Origin: Octopus sinensis | Lineage: Eukaryota | DNA: 64,000 bases | Reading direction: 5' to 3' | NCBI RefSeq assembly: GCF_006345805.1 | Contig: NC_043001.1 | Coordinates: forward strand, 111,476,001-111,540,000 | Shown: in pieces, positions 13,385 to 27,480 of the stretch | Layout of the letters: each line of letters opens with the position of its first letter | How positions within the stretch are numbered: the first letter of the stretch is position 1 | The notes under the pieces: model-generated | Told to the model about the DNA's origin: nothing | What the model saw: the letters and a program-made list of their open reading frames with translations, nothing else | Database searches by the model: none | Made by a program: the position numbers and the translations under genes

Positions 13385-13672
13385 CAGAAAAAGAGAGAGA
13401 GAAAGAAAGATAGATAGATAGATAGACAGATAGATAGATAGATGTTTTTACATACATGTATATACGTGTATGTACATATTATATATATATATATATAATA
13501 AATATTAGGGAATAAATCCAAATTTACAGGGAAAAAATCAGATTTAGGATTAAATCCTATTTTATAGTAAAATATTATAAAATATTATTAGAGACAAAAC
13601 CACTATTTTGCAAAACAAACAAGGAAAGATTTAATCAATACATAAAATTTTAATAAATAGTAAAAAAAACCG

Positions 13673-13715
13673 CCACTACAATTGTTTCTTGTCTTGATCG
13701 ACAATCTTCAGGTGG
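13673..13715 (-). ncRNA. Type I hammerhead ribozyme, canonical
   Basis: Minus: CCAC CTGAAGA TTGTC-GATCAA-GACAA GAAA CAATTG TA GTGG; palindromic stem III. Confidence 0.85.
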
Positions 13716-14149
13716 ACTTCCAATCTAAAATATCAATATTTTAAAATATAAAAATAATAATTTTAAAATAATTAAAGTATGAATGAAAAAATATAATATA
13801 TAATCCATATATAACCTATATATAATCCATATATAATCAATATATAAACAATATATAAACTAAAATAAACCTATCAACAATTAAATATAAAATATAAAAT
13901 ATAAAATATAAAATATAAAACAAAACAAAAAAATAATAATAATATAATAATAAACTATATATACACCCATACACATATACCTAATTATATATAACCATAT
14001 CTAACTACATACACTAAATCACACACCTATATATATATCCCTATACATACACATAAAAATGTCTAGGCAACTATAAATAAATAAAATAGCTAAATACTTC
14101 AACACAATACTTATTCATACTCCCACACACACACACATACAACCCACAT

Positions 14150-15780
14150 TCACGCTCTAGAAAACGGACATCACTTAAAATTATGAACGGAGAATTGGAA
14201 TAAATGGAATTAAAAATCATATTCACTTGGTAAAACGAACACTACTTAAAAATTATGAATGAAACAATGCAATAAAACAACAGACATCGCAAATAGACAC
14301 AAATTACTACGAATTCCTTAAACCTACCATGATAAACCAAAACTCATAAAACCTATAATGATAAAATCTCCCTTTACTAAACTCTATAACATACCTATAT
14401 AGCAATCCCCCTAACCTAAACATTCACACACAAATACACACACGTAAACCACACACCCACGACATATACAAATACCCACACCACTTACACATACCTATAC
14501 ATACATATAAACCTCAACATATACTCCAAACCCACTCAACCCCACACAGACAAATAAAAACAAAAATTATGAATGGATTCTTTTATAAAACTACCATGAT
14601 AAGCTAAAACTCACAAAACATAAATGATAAAACCTCCCTTTACTAAACACTATAACATACTTATATAGCAATCCCTTTAACCTATACATTCACACACAAA
14701 TACACACACGTAAACCACACACCCATAACAAATACAAACACCCACCCCACTCACACACACCCACAAGTACATATAAGCCTCAACATATACACCAAACAAA
14801 ATTACTTTACCAAGGAATTTAACATATGTATAAAAAGTATAACCGCTCTGGAAACGAACATCTTTTAAAATAATGAATGGAGAAATGGAATAAATGGAAT
14901 TAAAAATAATATTCACGTGGCAAAACGAACACCACTCAAAAATTATGAATGAAACAATGTAATAAAACAACCAACATCGAAAATAGACAAATTACCACGA
15001 ATTCCCTAAAAAAAACCATGATAAACCAAAACTCTTAAAAACATATAACGATAAAATCTCCCTTTGCTAAACTCTATAACAAACCTATATAGCAATCCCC
15101 CTAACCTAAACATTCACACACAAAAAACACACACGTAAACCACAGACCCACGACTTATACACATACCTATACTAACTTATAAACCTCAATATACACCAAA
15201 AACCCACTCCCTCCCCACACAGACAAATTAACACATACATCCCAAAACCTAAATAACAAACCCATATACACATTCACACACAAACACACACACACACAAC
15301 AGATACATATACTCCCTCACATATACGCATATACATACTCACTAAACTCGATATATACAACAATATTTACACACCCACACTCATACAGATAAATAAATTA
15401 TACAACTAAAAACTCACACACAATCTCATATACATAAACACTCCAATAAAAACAACATTAAATACATCGTAATTAACCAGAATATCAAAAATAACAATAT
15501 GACATAAGGAGAAATAAAATACATACTTACAAGTCAGTTTCAAATTATGAAGTGAAATTAAATACTTAGCCGTTAAAAAAACCAAACCAAAATTACGTTA
15601 CCATAGAAATATAACTTATGTAAAAAAAGAATACGCGCCATGGAAAGTAAACGTCATTTAAAATTATGAATGGAGAAATAGAATAAATGGAACTAAAAAC
15701 TATATCCACGTGGCAAACCAACACTACTTAAAAAAAATTTATTATGAATGGATTCTTTAATAAAACTACCATAATAAATT
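14150..15780 (+). repeat. Nested degenerate direct repeats
   Basis: ATGAATGGAGAAATGGAATAAATGGAATTAAAAA-type block at ~14180, ~14870, ~15663; CCATGATAA..CTCCCTTTACTAAAC..AGCAATCCC..ACACGTAAACCAC block at ~14325, ~14590, ~15016. Confidence 0.8.
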
Positions 15781-16881
15781 ATTATATACAATTATGAGCT
15801 TTAGCTCATCTTAGCAGCTCTAACAAACAACTTGCAGTAACCCAAATCTATTCTCGATGCCTGCCTTACTACTACACTATTCCATTCCCAATTCCAAGCA
15901 ACGCTAGCCCACCACCCGGTTACAATTCCCAACTCCACCCATTCATTCACAATTTCAACGACGTTCAACTCCACAGCGCTACATATAAGCCTCAACATAT
16001 ACACCGGAGATTCGCTTTCAATCCGCTCTATACCCAATTTACACCCACATAGCAATCCCAATATATTCATCCATACATGGACGCACGTGCGTGAAGCACA
16101 TGCACACAATAAATACGTACAACCCCCCATACACACTCATATACATACGTATCAAGCTCGACATCCACAGCAATACGCTTACACCCACTCACACCCAGAT
16201 GGGTGAATTGCACAACCAGTGAACGCACACACACACGTGTGCGTATTTTGATTGTGCAACTCGCCCATATGCATGTATGCGGGCGCGATTACATTGTTGC
16301 ACATATCGAGCCCAACTAGCATGCATATGTACATGTGAGGGGGTACACGTACATGCCGTGCGCGTGTACCCCCTGCATTTGTACCCGTGCGTGTATATAC
16401 ACATGGAGACTACCACACAGGTACAAATGTGTATAGTAATGGGAGCCCCATCACTACATTCAATGTATACTCTCACCCATCCGCACGGATTGAAAGCGAA
16501 TCTCCGGTGTATATGTTGAGGCTTATATGTAGCGCTGTGGAGTTGAACGTCGTTGAAATTGTGAATGAATGGGTGGAGTTGGGAATTGTAACCGGGTGGT
16601 GGGCTAGCGTTGCTTGGAATTGGGAATGGAATAGTGTAGTAGTAAGGCAGGCATCGAGAATAGATTTGGGTTACTGCAAGTTGTTTGTTAGAGCTGCTAA
16701 GATGAGCTAAAGCTCATAATTGTATATAATAATTTATTATGGTAGTTTTATTAAAGAATCCATTCATAATAAATTTTTTTTAAGTAGTGTTGGTTTGCCA
16801 CGTGGATATAGTTTTTAGTTCCATTTATTCTATTTCTCCATTCATAATTTTAAATGACGTTTACTTTCCATGGCGCGTATT

Positions 16882-16920
16882 CTGAAGATTGTCGATCAAG
16901 ACAAGAAACAATTGTAGTGG
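16882..16920 (+). ncRNA. Hammerhead copy lacking the 5' strand of stem I
   Basis: CTGAAGA TTGTC..GACAA GAAA CAATTG TA GTGG, identical core to 13673-13711, but preceded by TATT instead of CCAC. Confidence 0.75.
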
Positions 16921-17469
16921 CGGTTTTTTTGACTATTTATTAAAATTTTATGTATTGATTAAGTCTTTCCTTGTTTGTTTTGCAAAATAGTGGTTTTGTC
17001 TCTAATAATATTTTATATATATAAATATATAAATATATGTGTGTGTGTGTGTGTGTGTAAGTATGTATTTATATTTGAGAGAATGTACCTGCGTGTTATA
17101 TTATGCATATAGGTATAAGCGAAAAAAAAAGAGATTAGATTATCCAAATTTTAATAGAATCATAGCAACACAGACCTCAGTAATAATGGCTTTCGATGGG
17201 TATTCAGAGGTGATTAGCTTTATTTTCATGAGCAGAAAAATATAATACGCTGGAGGGTCAATTAATATCATGCTTTCTCTATATTATTAAATGCGAAATA
17301 TAAAGTAATACAATAAATACATGGAAAATTTTGAGAAAAACTTTCCTGAAAGATGCTTTTTTTTAATTTCTAAAAAAAAAAAGTATGTAGGCGTGGTAAT
17401 CCTAATGATAACGTTCTAACTTCATTTTATTATTTTTACTTTTCATTTGCAACAATTAAATAAAACAGC

Positions 17470-17592
17470 GACATATGTATATATATATATATATATATAT
17501 ATGATAGATAGATAGATAGATAGATATAGATATACGCAAAAAGACACATATACATATATATTACATATGTGTATATATCTATTTATATACAA

Positions 17593-17624
<32 letters not shown>

Positions 17625-17629
17625 TATAT

Positions 17630-17680
<51 letters not shown>

Positions 17681-17717
17681 GTATGTATGTATATATATAT
17701 ATATGTATGTATGTATA

Positions 17718-17755
<38 letters not shown>

Positions 17756-17767
17756 TATATATTATAT

Positions 17768-17799
<32 letters not shown>

Positions 17800-18058
17800 A
17801 TATATATATACATACATGTATATATATATATATATACACATGTATGTATGTATGTATGTATATATATATATACATGTATATATTATATATATACATGTAT
17901 ATATATATGTATATATATAAATATACATATATATATATATACATACATGTATATATTATATATATACATGTATATATATATATGTATATATATATATAAT
18001 ATATATATACATACATACATACATACATACATAAATACATACATATATATATACATAT

Positions 18059-18094
<36 letters not shown>

Positions 18095-18118
18095 ATATAT
18101 ATATACATATATATATAG
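17470..18118. repeat. Compound (TA)n/(TATG)n microsatellite
   Basis: Direct reading; source of the spurious YI-rich ORFs. Confidence 0.95.
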
Positions 18119-18567
18119 TGGCTTTATGCTTGAAACAAATATACTTAATTTAATTAAGCCTAATTTGAATGTTATTCTGTAGCTGCTCGTTTGTTTGGAT
18201 TTTCTCGAATATTATTTTGTTTAGCAGCGCCAAAGTGCTACATTTGTATGCTATTTGAAAAGTGTGTTTGTTTTTTTTTTTAGCAAAATTTTGAGGAGAG
18301 TGAACTGCAATGTTTTTTTCTGCGCCTGAAATAGGTTCCCCTCCAAAAGGCCAATTAGAAATATTCAGTATGTTACCCAAATGAAATTAGCAAGAATTTA
18401 TATTTCCATTTGGGAAAAATGAATATTGGAATAAATATGTGGATATGTTTTTGCTGTGGATATTCGTTAAATTTAAGAATTTCGTTAAATCTTATGATAC
18501 ACATGCATACACTCACACACACACACACACTAACGCACGCAAATACACACATTTATATATATACATA

Positions 18568-18603
<36 letters not shown>

Positions 18604-18626
18604 TGTATGTATGTATGTATGTATAT

Positions 18627-18697
<71 letters not shown>

Positions 18698-20216
18698 GTA
18701 TGTATATTGAATGTGGTAATGTCACGCAAACGTGAAGTTTATCACGAATATATCGCACGCCCAACAGTATATATCGCACGCCACCGCACAGTAGCTGAGA
18801 TACAGGCAGACAGACAGGTGACAGGCAGGCAGGCTGGCAGACAATCAGGCAGACACATTGAAATAGACGCTTATGCGTGACAAATGACTTTAGAAAATCG
18901 GTAAACGAATAAGTCCAAAGGCAAGCTTTGACAACGGTATTATCGAGTGTGAATTAGGATATTTCTGTACTCGGTAGAGCCACGTACAGTTTAAAAAGTC
19001 CACAAAATAAATAATTATTTTTCTAAACACTTCAAACGATATTTTCTGTATTTATTAATTCTTATTAATCATTTATTAATTATCAATACATATGAATTCT
19101 AATATAAACCACATCTCCAGAAGATATATTTAAATACAATTTATAAAATCTGTTTTATCCCGATACCCACCTGAATCTTAGATGAACAAAGAAAAATTGG
19201 GGAGGAAAGATAAAGTAGAGAAAAGAACAAAATACCAGAAGTAAAAAAAAATCTGAGATAATTGAAAATATGTAACACTATTGCCGAAAATATGTAACAT
19301 AATATTCGTTTTGAGACTGTGAAGGCCAGGTAATATGAGCATGAAGATAAAAGGGAGAGTGTTTGGAAACAGCTTTTTGCTCCCGAATGACCTATTTGTC
19401 GCCAACCTCCACATTTTCCAAGTTAGATCATTAATCTCCCAGTGTAATGAACTTGATATTATTACATGTAGAACTGAAAATAGATGATGGGGGAATGAAT
19501 GGCGATTTTTGCTCTAAAAGATCGAGTGGTAGTTCAAAGCATGGGGACAAACTCGGTGATGCTGTCGCGGTGAACTCAGAAATAGTTGTTTACAACCTGA
19601 GAACAAAAAAAAGAATACAATTATAGGCAAATACGAAAACACTGCACCAAATATAACCATGCACTCCGCCAATATATAGGCTTACCAATAAGATTGTTCA
19701 TTTTAGTTTCTGTCTACTCGTCTAGGAAATACAGAATACTCAAGTGCGAGTGACAAAAAATACACGTGATGTTGAAATGAATATCTTAAGTACACAGTCC
19801 AGTATACATATACACATACACACACACACACGTTCAGATTTTTGTAGTGTGTATGTCTATTGAGACTTGGCTGTAGGCTATGTAGCTATTTATCTAAGAA
19901 TTATATAGTTATATCGTCTAGGACCAATAATAATTTTATACAATAAAATAAATCGCTCGGAAATATTTGGTATGTAAAATTTAATTGAAATATTTATATG
20001 AACGATCATTATATTAGACATATAAAGCATCGAATCCATATTCTACTTTAGCTACATATTAGAGACTTCAATTTGTAAATTTCTTGAATTATGTAGTTTT
20101 CGATGCAATTTCTTTCGGCAAAACAAAAGATGAACTGGCCACGTCGGGAAACAACTATGTAAATAATGTTGCTATTTTATAGATAACTACGAAGTAAGTA
20201 ATAATAATAATGATAA

Positions 20217-20295
<79 letters not shown>

Positions 20296-20760
20296 GATGC
20301 CCTGATGCAGTACTAGGCAGTGGCTCTCATGGCTTCTCATCTTAACTGATTGAAAGTGTTATCATGTACATTGTTTTGTATTGGTATAAAAGATAGACTA
20401 CAGAAAATATTCTGCTCAGTACCACAGATTTGCTTCTCAGTTGTTTGACCTTAACCAGTTGAGCAGGTCCCTTAGTGGTTGACGATATGTACATCTCTGG
20501 CCACAAGCAGAAGTAGTGGGGGAGCATCATAGCCATGTATTGAGAGGGATGGGTTATTCGACCAGAAGAAAATTCTAACTGGGCCACACCTGCAAGGTCA
20601 TGCGCTGTTTATCTTGATATGAGATCACCATGTCGCGCACATATGGTTGTGAGACATGTGCCTAGTGTACCCTTATCAGAGAGGTAGTCATGATGGGTAT
20701 AGTGGGCTTCCTATATTTTACCCCAGTGTCACTTTGATGGCATGCTCTGCTCTCTCGCTC
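20296..20760 (+). mobile_element. Non-coding retro-element inserted in (TAA)n
   Basis: Flanked both sides by (TAA)n; homologous to 31408-31910; ends CTCTCGCTC-AATAATAA. Confidence 0.75.
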
Positions 20761-21590
20761 AATAATAATAATAATAACAATAATAATAATAACAATAATA
20801 ATAATAATAATAATGCCTCAGCTAAAAGCTATACATTCTTAATATATAATAGCTTTGAATTATGGCACAATTTCAGCCGTTTGTAAGGGGAGACCACTAC
20901 ACCGATCGTAGTACTTCAGTTGTATTTATTTTGTCGACCACAACGAATTTTAAGTCAGAACATAAACACGAACGCAATGTAGTAACCATTTTGCTTTGTG
21001 TGCTAAAGATTCCGCCAACTTATCATCCTGCAATCCGAACAGATATGATAATCTATTCTTATATTTTAAATTTTCCGCGAAGCGCACACTCGTCTTAACT
21101 CTTGTCTACAAGTTCAAAATATTACATTTTAATATAAGATGGTAGCCACAAATTGAAGTCACGAACACATTTTAATATTATTCTTGAAGCCCTCTGGTCA
21201 TAGTTAAATTGCCATATTATTCTTAGATTTATTGAGTCGATACTTATTGACATCTTTAAACTTTATGCCATTTAATGTAGTTTTATTAGTTTTATGTTAG
21301 TTAGTTAGTTAGTTAATTAATTTTGGTTCAAAAGCAAATAGCAAGGCCATGTAGGGAGACATGGAGTTAAGTACAGGGTGGTGTTCATGTAAAGAGTTCA
21401 GGCCACTTAAGGTCAAGGGAGGCTTTGAACGTATTATTGCTGTGGGTGAAATATATTGCAGTCAACGGAGGAACGAATCTCGTGCTCAATCGACGTGGTA
21501 GTAGCTATTGGAATATCTTTAATCCGGAGGCAGCTGGATCATGGGTGAATTTGGGTAAATTCCCACAAGGCCAGTTATATACGTAATAAA

Positions 21591-21802
21591 ATATTTAAAC
21601 GGTGGAACAGTTAATTATTTTTAGATAAGTAAATTTTCTTTACAGCAGTTGTATACTGTCAACTTAACGTGACAGTCCTATAAAGGGAATCACACCACCG
21701 CTATTTAGCCCTAGGAAGCATCAACGTTTCCTGTCGGCTTTGACACATTTCCTGTGTTCTTTACTTATCTAAAAACATTTAATTTTTCCACCGTTTAAAT
21801 AT
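21591..21802. repeat. Small element with ~42-bp inverted ends
   Basis: ATATTTAAACGGTGGAA..TTTTAGATAAGTAA versus TTACTTATCTAAAAA..TTCCACCGTTTAAATAT. Confidence 0.75.
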
Positions 21803-22426
21803 ACTAAATGACGAGAGGACGAGAGAAAAGTCCTTGAATAAGTAAATACAGGCTGCCTTGTAGATGATTCGTGCTTTTTGTTTTGAAAACATCCGTAAAT
21901 CGCAATGTCCGCATGTTTTACAAGTATTACGAATAAAACTCCAGTTAAAAATGAGAAATTATTTTCATTGCTATATTAAAAAACTAATGTATAAAATAAT
22001 TACTACACAAATTATGATGTTTTTTTAGAATTTTGATATAAAACCATGTCAGGAAAACTATTTTAGTGACCTCTACAATTATGATAAAGCAGCCATAACA
22101 AGCAGACAAAGATACCTGAAGTTCCAAAACTGATATTGTAAAATAACTTCATTTGGATAACTTAGACATGTTTCGGGCAAAGGTTGGCCCAGACCACCTG
22201 ATAGGATTTGTTGCGTCATTTTAAAGACAGGTTTTGAAGTATTATGACCCATTCAAGTCGAGACGTGCCATTGACTGAGGTATAAGTGACTTGTCTGGTA
22301 TCCATAGAAGAGAGATTTCCAGATTTCGTTTGAAGGTGATAGGATGTTTTTGTTCGATTTAATTTGAGATAATGTTAAATAGAGAAGGAAAGGATATTGT
22401 ATTCTAAAATATTTTAGGTGCTGTAT

Positions 22427-22640
22427 GGCGGCGAGCTGGCGGAAACGTTAGCACGCCGGGCGAAATTCTTAGCGGTATTTCGCCTGTCTTTACGTTCTGC
22501 GTTCAAATTCAGCCGAGGTCGACTTTGCCGTTCATCATTTCGGGGTTGATAAAATTAAGTACCAGTTGCGTACTTGGGTCGATCTGATAGACCAGATCCC
22601 TCCTCAAAAATTTCGGGCCTTGTACCTAGAGTAGAAAAGA
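22427..22640 (+). mobile_element. SINE family B (short-tail variant) with target-site duplication
   Basis: Family B head and core; flanking direct repeat AATATTTTAGGTG(C/T)TGT at ~22408 and ~22640. Confidence 0.85.
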
Positions 22641-23059
22641 ATATTTTAGGTGTTGTGAGACTAAATTGTGCAGCATCTGTATGCCTGGTTGTGCCAGCAT
22701 TAATGAATTCTGAATCTGAAGTTAAGGTCATTTGCGAAATGCTGGTGATATGATCTCCACATTGTGCAAATAATGTATCACTCACGGTGCCACTTGCGAG
22801 AATAAAGATTGAACGGTAATGCATTTCAGTTTAGTTTCCCTTCACTTACAATAGGAATAGAATCAACATGAATTGAAACCGGTAACGTATTTTAATAAGC
22901 ACGTAAATATCTCCCTACATTAATTCATGACAAACCTCCAACTGTATTCTCTTTTTGTTACCTATATATATTTGTGAGTGTGTGTGTGTGTTTGTGAGTG
23001 TGTGTGTGTTGATGTGTCTGTTTGCGGATATATCTATGCCTCTATATTCAACAATACAT

Positions 23060-23134
<75 letters not shown>

Positions 23135-23580
23135 AATGATGAAGAAGATGGAGATATTGAAGGTAATAAAAGTTTATTTATCCGTTACAGCTATTGCAAT
23201 TATACACAGAGAAATTAAGTATTAAAATCATGTATATGAGCGTATTCTCTTCAGAGTGAAGAAAATGTACCCTTAGATATTCTGTGTGTTTGCTTCTAGA
23301 CTCACCAAAGCAGACTGATTATTACTGTTTATGATTTATATTTATATGTTTTGGGGCGAGTGGGGTTACAGGTTGGTTGTGGCTTAGATGGAGTATGTAA
23401 ATAGAAGTAGAGTTATAAAGAATGAATAAATAGAAATTATAGAGTAAGATACAATATAAGTAAAGTACAATATGAATGAGGTGAAGAAGTAAATTACATT
23501 TGTAAGATGTATATGAAGTTGAGAAAAATTTGTCTATATATAGTTACACGCATACACATGTTTATATAATTATCTGTCAC

Positions 23581-23616
<36 letters not shown>

Positions 23617-23676
23617 TAAGACAAATGTTTTACAGTTGGTAACTTACTGGTATATTCCATCTGTGCTTCATTTGCT

Positions 23677-23715
<39 letters not shown>

Positions 23716-23724
23716 ATATATAAT

Positions 23725-23760
<36 letters not shown>

Positions 23761-24470
23761 CTAGCTGGTGTAACCGGTAATTCCCGGTGGTAAAAATGTT
23801 CTATTGAAACGCATTATTACTCTGATATAAGAAAGTAATTTCGTTATAACTGCCACAAAAGGTGTATTTTCCGTCGCCAAAGAGTACAAAAACTGTCAGC
23901 TGGAGGAAGGAGAGATTCTTGGAGGTTGGTGAGAGATGTTTTTGGAGGTTGGTGAAAAAGATTGTCGGAGGTTGGTGAAAGAGGTTGTCGGAGCTTGGCG
24001 AGAGAGGATGTCTGAGGCTAGCAAGAGAGGTTATCAGAGGTTGTCTACAGAGGTTGTCGAGAGAGGTTTTCGGAGGTTGGTAAGAAAGGTTGTCGTTCAC
24101 AGAAAAACTATTGTTTTACTGTGAGAAAAGCGCTGTTGAAGTGTTAAGTGAAATTTGGCAATCGAGCATCGAATCCACGCTATGCCTGCATAAAGCCACC
24201 ACAAATCCGTGCTGCATAAAACCACTACAAATCCGTGATGCATATCCACCACCACAAATCGAGCTGCACGAAGTTTTGTCAGTGAACAGGTCGCGGTCTC
24301 AAAGCGACGAAAATAATTTGACAAATTAAATTTAAATGTTGAAGTGAATCTAACGGTTTTGTGTGTTTCTTAAATGGCTTATAAACACCTTCCACGCTGC
24401 AATTGTTTTCGTTCCAGCACACGATCTCAGATCAAGTCACTCGCTATGCAAGTACATCTCCGTAATATAT
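23761..24470 (-). mobile_element. Non-autonomous Helitron-like element with internal minisatellites
   Basis: CTAG terminus at 23761 next to ACCGG-TAATTC-CCGGT hairpin, embedded in (TA)n; ~22-bp GGAGGTTGGTGA.. repeats 23918-24095; 5' end uncertain. Confidence 0.6.
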
Positions 24471-24486
24471 ATATATTATATATATA

Positions 24487-24544
<58 letters not shown>

Positions 24545-25709
24545 ATATATTCTAAAATACTCACAGCCTTGGTTTTTATCTTATTCTGAAAATCTTTGTA
24601 TATATATATATATATATAGACACTCCCGTTAAAGATGACGTATTAGCTTTCAGCTTTTTACCGAACGACCCGCAAAAGTGATTTGTTTATAGTTTAACTC
24701 ATTCCCTTCATGAAATGGACTTTATTGTCTGAACCGGCGCTCGTTGTACTACGCGTCAAGTGTCGAAGTGATCGCAGACCAACGTGAGATGATGTGTTTT
24801 GTCCAAAAACACAACCCCAACATCCGGTCCAGGACGTTGGACCACGATCTCGTTAACCTCTAGGTTTTACGCACTTTGCATATGCTTAATGTGAAATCTA
24901 GTGTTGATACAAATTTTCTTGAATTAATTATGCCAATAGGAAACGAACGCACTGGTTCTTGTTCCCTTCATGTATTATTAATCAGATAGTTACCTAACCA
25001 ATTTGCTAAGCGGTTGCTTGATCAACCGTTGGGTCAGTCATCCATTTAGATTTGTCGCATTCTTTTCGTCTCCATACGTGACCTCATTAATGACATGCCC
25101 TCGCTACTTCAGTTATTTCTGTCTCTTAGTTTTCAGACTGTATCTATATTTATTGTTACTCGGATGTGATTGAGGATGCTTCAGAGAAGTGGAGTGTTTA
25201 TGTGTAGGTGTATGCATGGCATGGATTCTGTGAGAGCGTGAGAGAGAACATATGTGTGTGACATTGTACGCGTGTCTCTGAGTGCACGCTTTTTTATATT
25301 CATGTTGTAGATTCTGTAGAATGTGTGAGTGGTTAAACTTTTATTTATTTTCTTTTTTCTTCTATGTTTAGTGTCTTTGTGTTTATGAATAGACTGCAGG
25401 TGTGTGGGTGTTCACGACTTGGAATGCGTGCTTGTTTGGACTTTCCAGAACTATCGCATTTTAAAAATATTTCCGTAAATTTTTTGGAACGGAGACGATC
25501 ACATTTCGATTTTCTGATTCACTTAATCTTTCCTTCTAATGTCAGGAGAAGAAAAAAATTATGTTCCACCGTAATATATGATACACTTACATATTCAAAC
25601 AAATAAACATACAGTCACTTTCTCACACAGGCGCAAATTTACACAAAACGCAAAGATAACTATATCATAAATTCTTACAAATATACAGGTATATAATTCT
25701 TATTTTTTA

Positions 25710-26106
25710 TTTCTTTATTGCACACAAGCGGCTAAACATAAAGGGGACAAACAAGGACAGATAAAAGGATTAAGTCAATTACATCTATCCCAGTGCATAA
25801 CCGGTACATAATTTATTGATTACCGAAAGGATGAAAGGGAAAGTCGACCTCGGCGGAATTTGAACTCCAAACGTAATGGCAGACGAAATACCTATTTCTT
25901 TACTACCCACAAGGGGCTAAACACAGAGAGGACAAACAAGGACAGACAAACGGATTAAGTCGATTATATCGATCCCAGTGCATAACTGGTACTTAATTTA
26001 TCGACCCCGAAAGGATGAAAGGCAAAGTAGACCTCGGCGGAATTTGAACTCAGAAAAACCGCTTAGCATTTCGCCCGGCGTACTAATGTTTTTGCCAACT
26101 CGCCGC
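25710..26106 (-). mobile_element. SINE family B with duplicated 3' part
   Basis: Reverse complement of the 2835-3240 architecture, two cores. Confidence 0.85.
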
Positions 26107-27164
26107 CCTGATATTATTCTTATTTCTTGCGTGGAGAAAGGAATCGATCTAAAGTACACGCAGCAGTACGTGATTGGTACTGTGTACATCGACCGATTTA
26201 ACACCAGCATGCATATGCACGGTGTTATGCTTCGGTATGCACATACATGGGGATTCATAATTGATCCTGTTTACTTAACATTTTATTTCTGTTATTTTGT
26301 TTGTGTGAGAGTGTGGCTGGTCGTTTTGCTGGCAGTATGGGGATTAAATGATAGTTTCCATTCAGTTATTTGTCTACATTCACTTATCTCGCAACATGTG
26401 TAGATTTGATTTTTAATATCTATGTTATTTAGTATGCCTACATGTTTAACTTTAATATACTCATAGAATAGCGATATTGGTTTCCTATCACTCTATCTCT
26501 ATCTCTTCCAGTTTATTTCTGTTCTCTCAGGCCAGCTCCTAATAGATCTTTCCTTCAATTCTTACATTTGGCCTCAAAAAATATTAACTGGTCTAAAAAG
26601 TTCTTAGTTTTGTAGTTAATCAATACAAATTTGATGGGTACATGTGGTCTAATGGAAGTGGATGACCTATTTTCGGAGCTCATGGAATTTTGTGCTTTCT
26701 CTACAGCTCCAATTCTAAGTTTAGGGTCCCTTATTAAGTCTATGTTCTCCGAAAGTTCTATGGTCAAGCTTGTAGCAGTAGAGACCTTCGGCGTTCTTGG
26801 CCCCTGAACCATATCTCTCCTCACCGTTATAGGGGGCGGAGATGTCTATCGCACGTGCGAGCCCTCTTTCCTTTTTGTCTACCGGTCCCATGGGAAATAT
26901 TTCTATGTTGTTAGAGGCAAGGTTTTCCAAAATTGATTCAAATAAAGGCAGTGGCAGTCAGCATGATAACATTAAATGCAAGAACGAAAGCAGCAATAAA
27001 ACGGAACAGCTGAATATCAGCAGTACATCAGCATGGTTAAGTAGAAGAAACACAGCTTTTTGGTAAGGTTATTTCACTTTATTGTAATTATTTCTCAATT
27101 CAGCCATCTTTCAATATTCCAAGCACTTATTTTTCAGTCTAACTCAATAGACGGTGCATTTCCT

Positions 27165-27213
<49 letters not shown>

Positions 27214-27375
27214 TTTCTCTTACTCTTTCGTTTCAACTCTGCCATATCCCACAGAGGTAAACATGCACCCTTTCTCTTTCTCTCTTCCTCAACTTCTTCC
27301 ACCAGCTAACTATATAACTACATAATATAATAGCAATCGCTTCCGCTAAATCTCGCCACTTGCAATCTCACCCTC

Positions 27376-27403
27376 AATAATAATAATAATATAATAATAA
27401 TAT

Positions 27404-27449
<46 letters not shown>

Positions 27450-27480
27450 GATAATAATAATAATGATAAGGATAATAATA

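Larger units (their letters stand above)
13576..17017. mobile_element. Fold-back, HHR-terminated element (PLE-derived, non-coding) with nested inverted and direct repeats
   Basis: Outer IR 13576-13711/16882-17017; inner IR 15628-16025/16486-16883; degenerate direct repeats in 14150-15780. Confidence 0.75.

Noticed and set aside
15801-16710. Two ORFs sharing an identical C-terminus (15801-16136 minus, 16387-16710 plus)
   Set aside because: By-product of the inverted duplication; no recognisable domain
17443-18153. Long YI/CV/HT-rich ORFs here and at 38.0-38.7, 43.5-44.1 and 45.2-47.7 kb
   Set aside because: Translations of dinucleotide microsatellites, which lack stop codons
23918-24095. Regular ~22-bp repeats, superficially CRISPR-like
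   Set aside because: No unique spacers, no cas genes, eukaryotic context; a minisatellite
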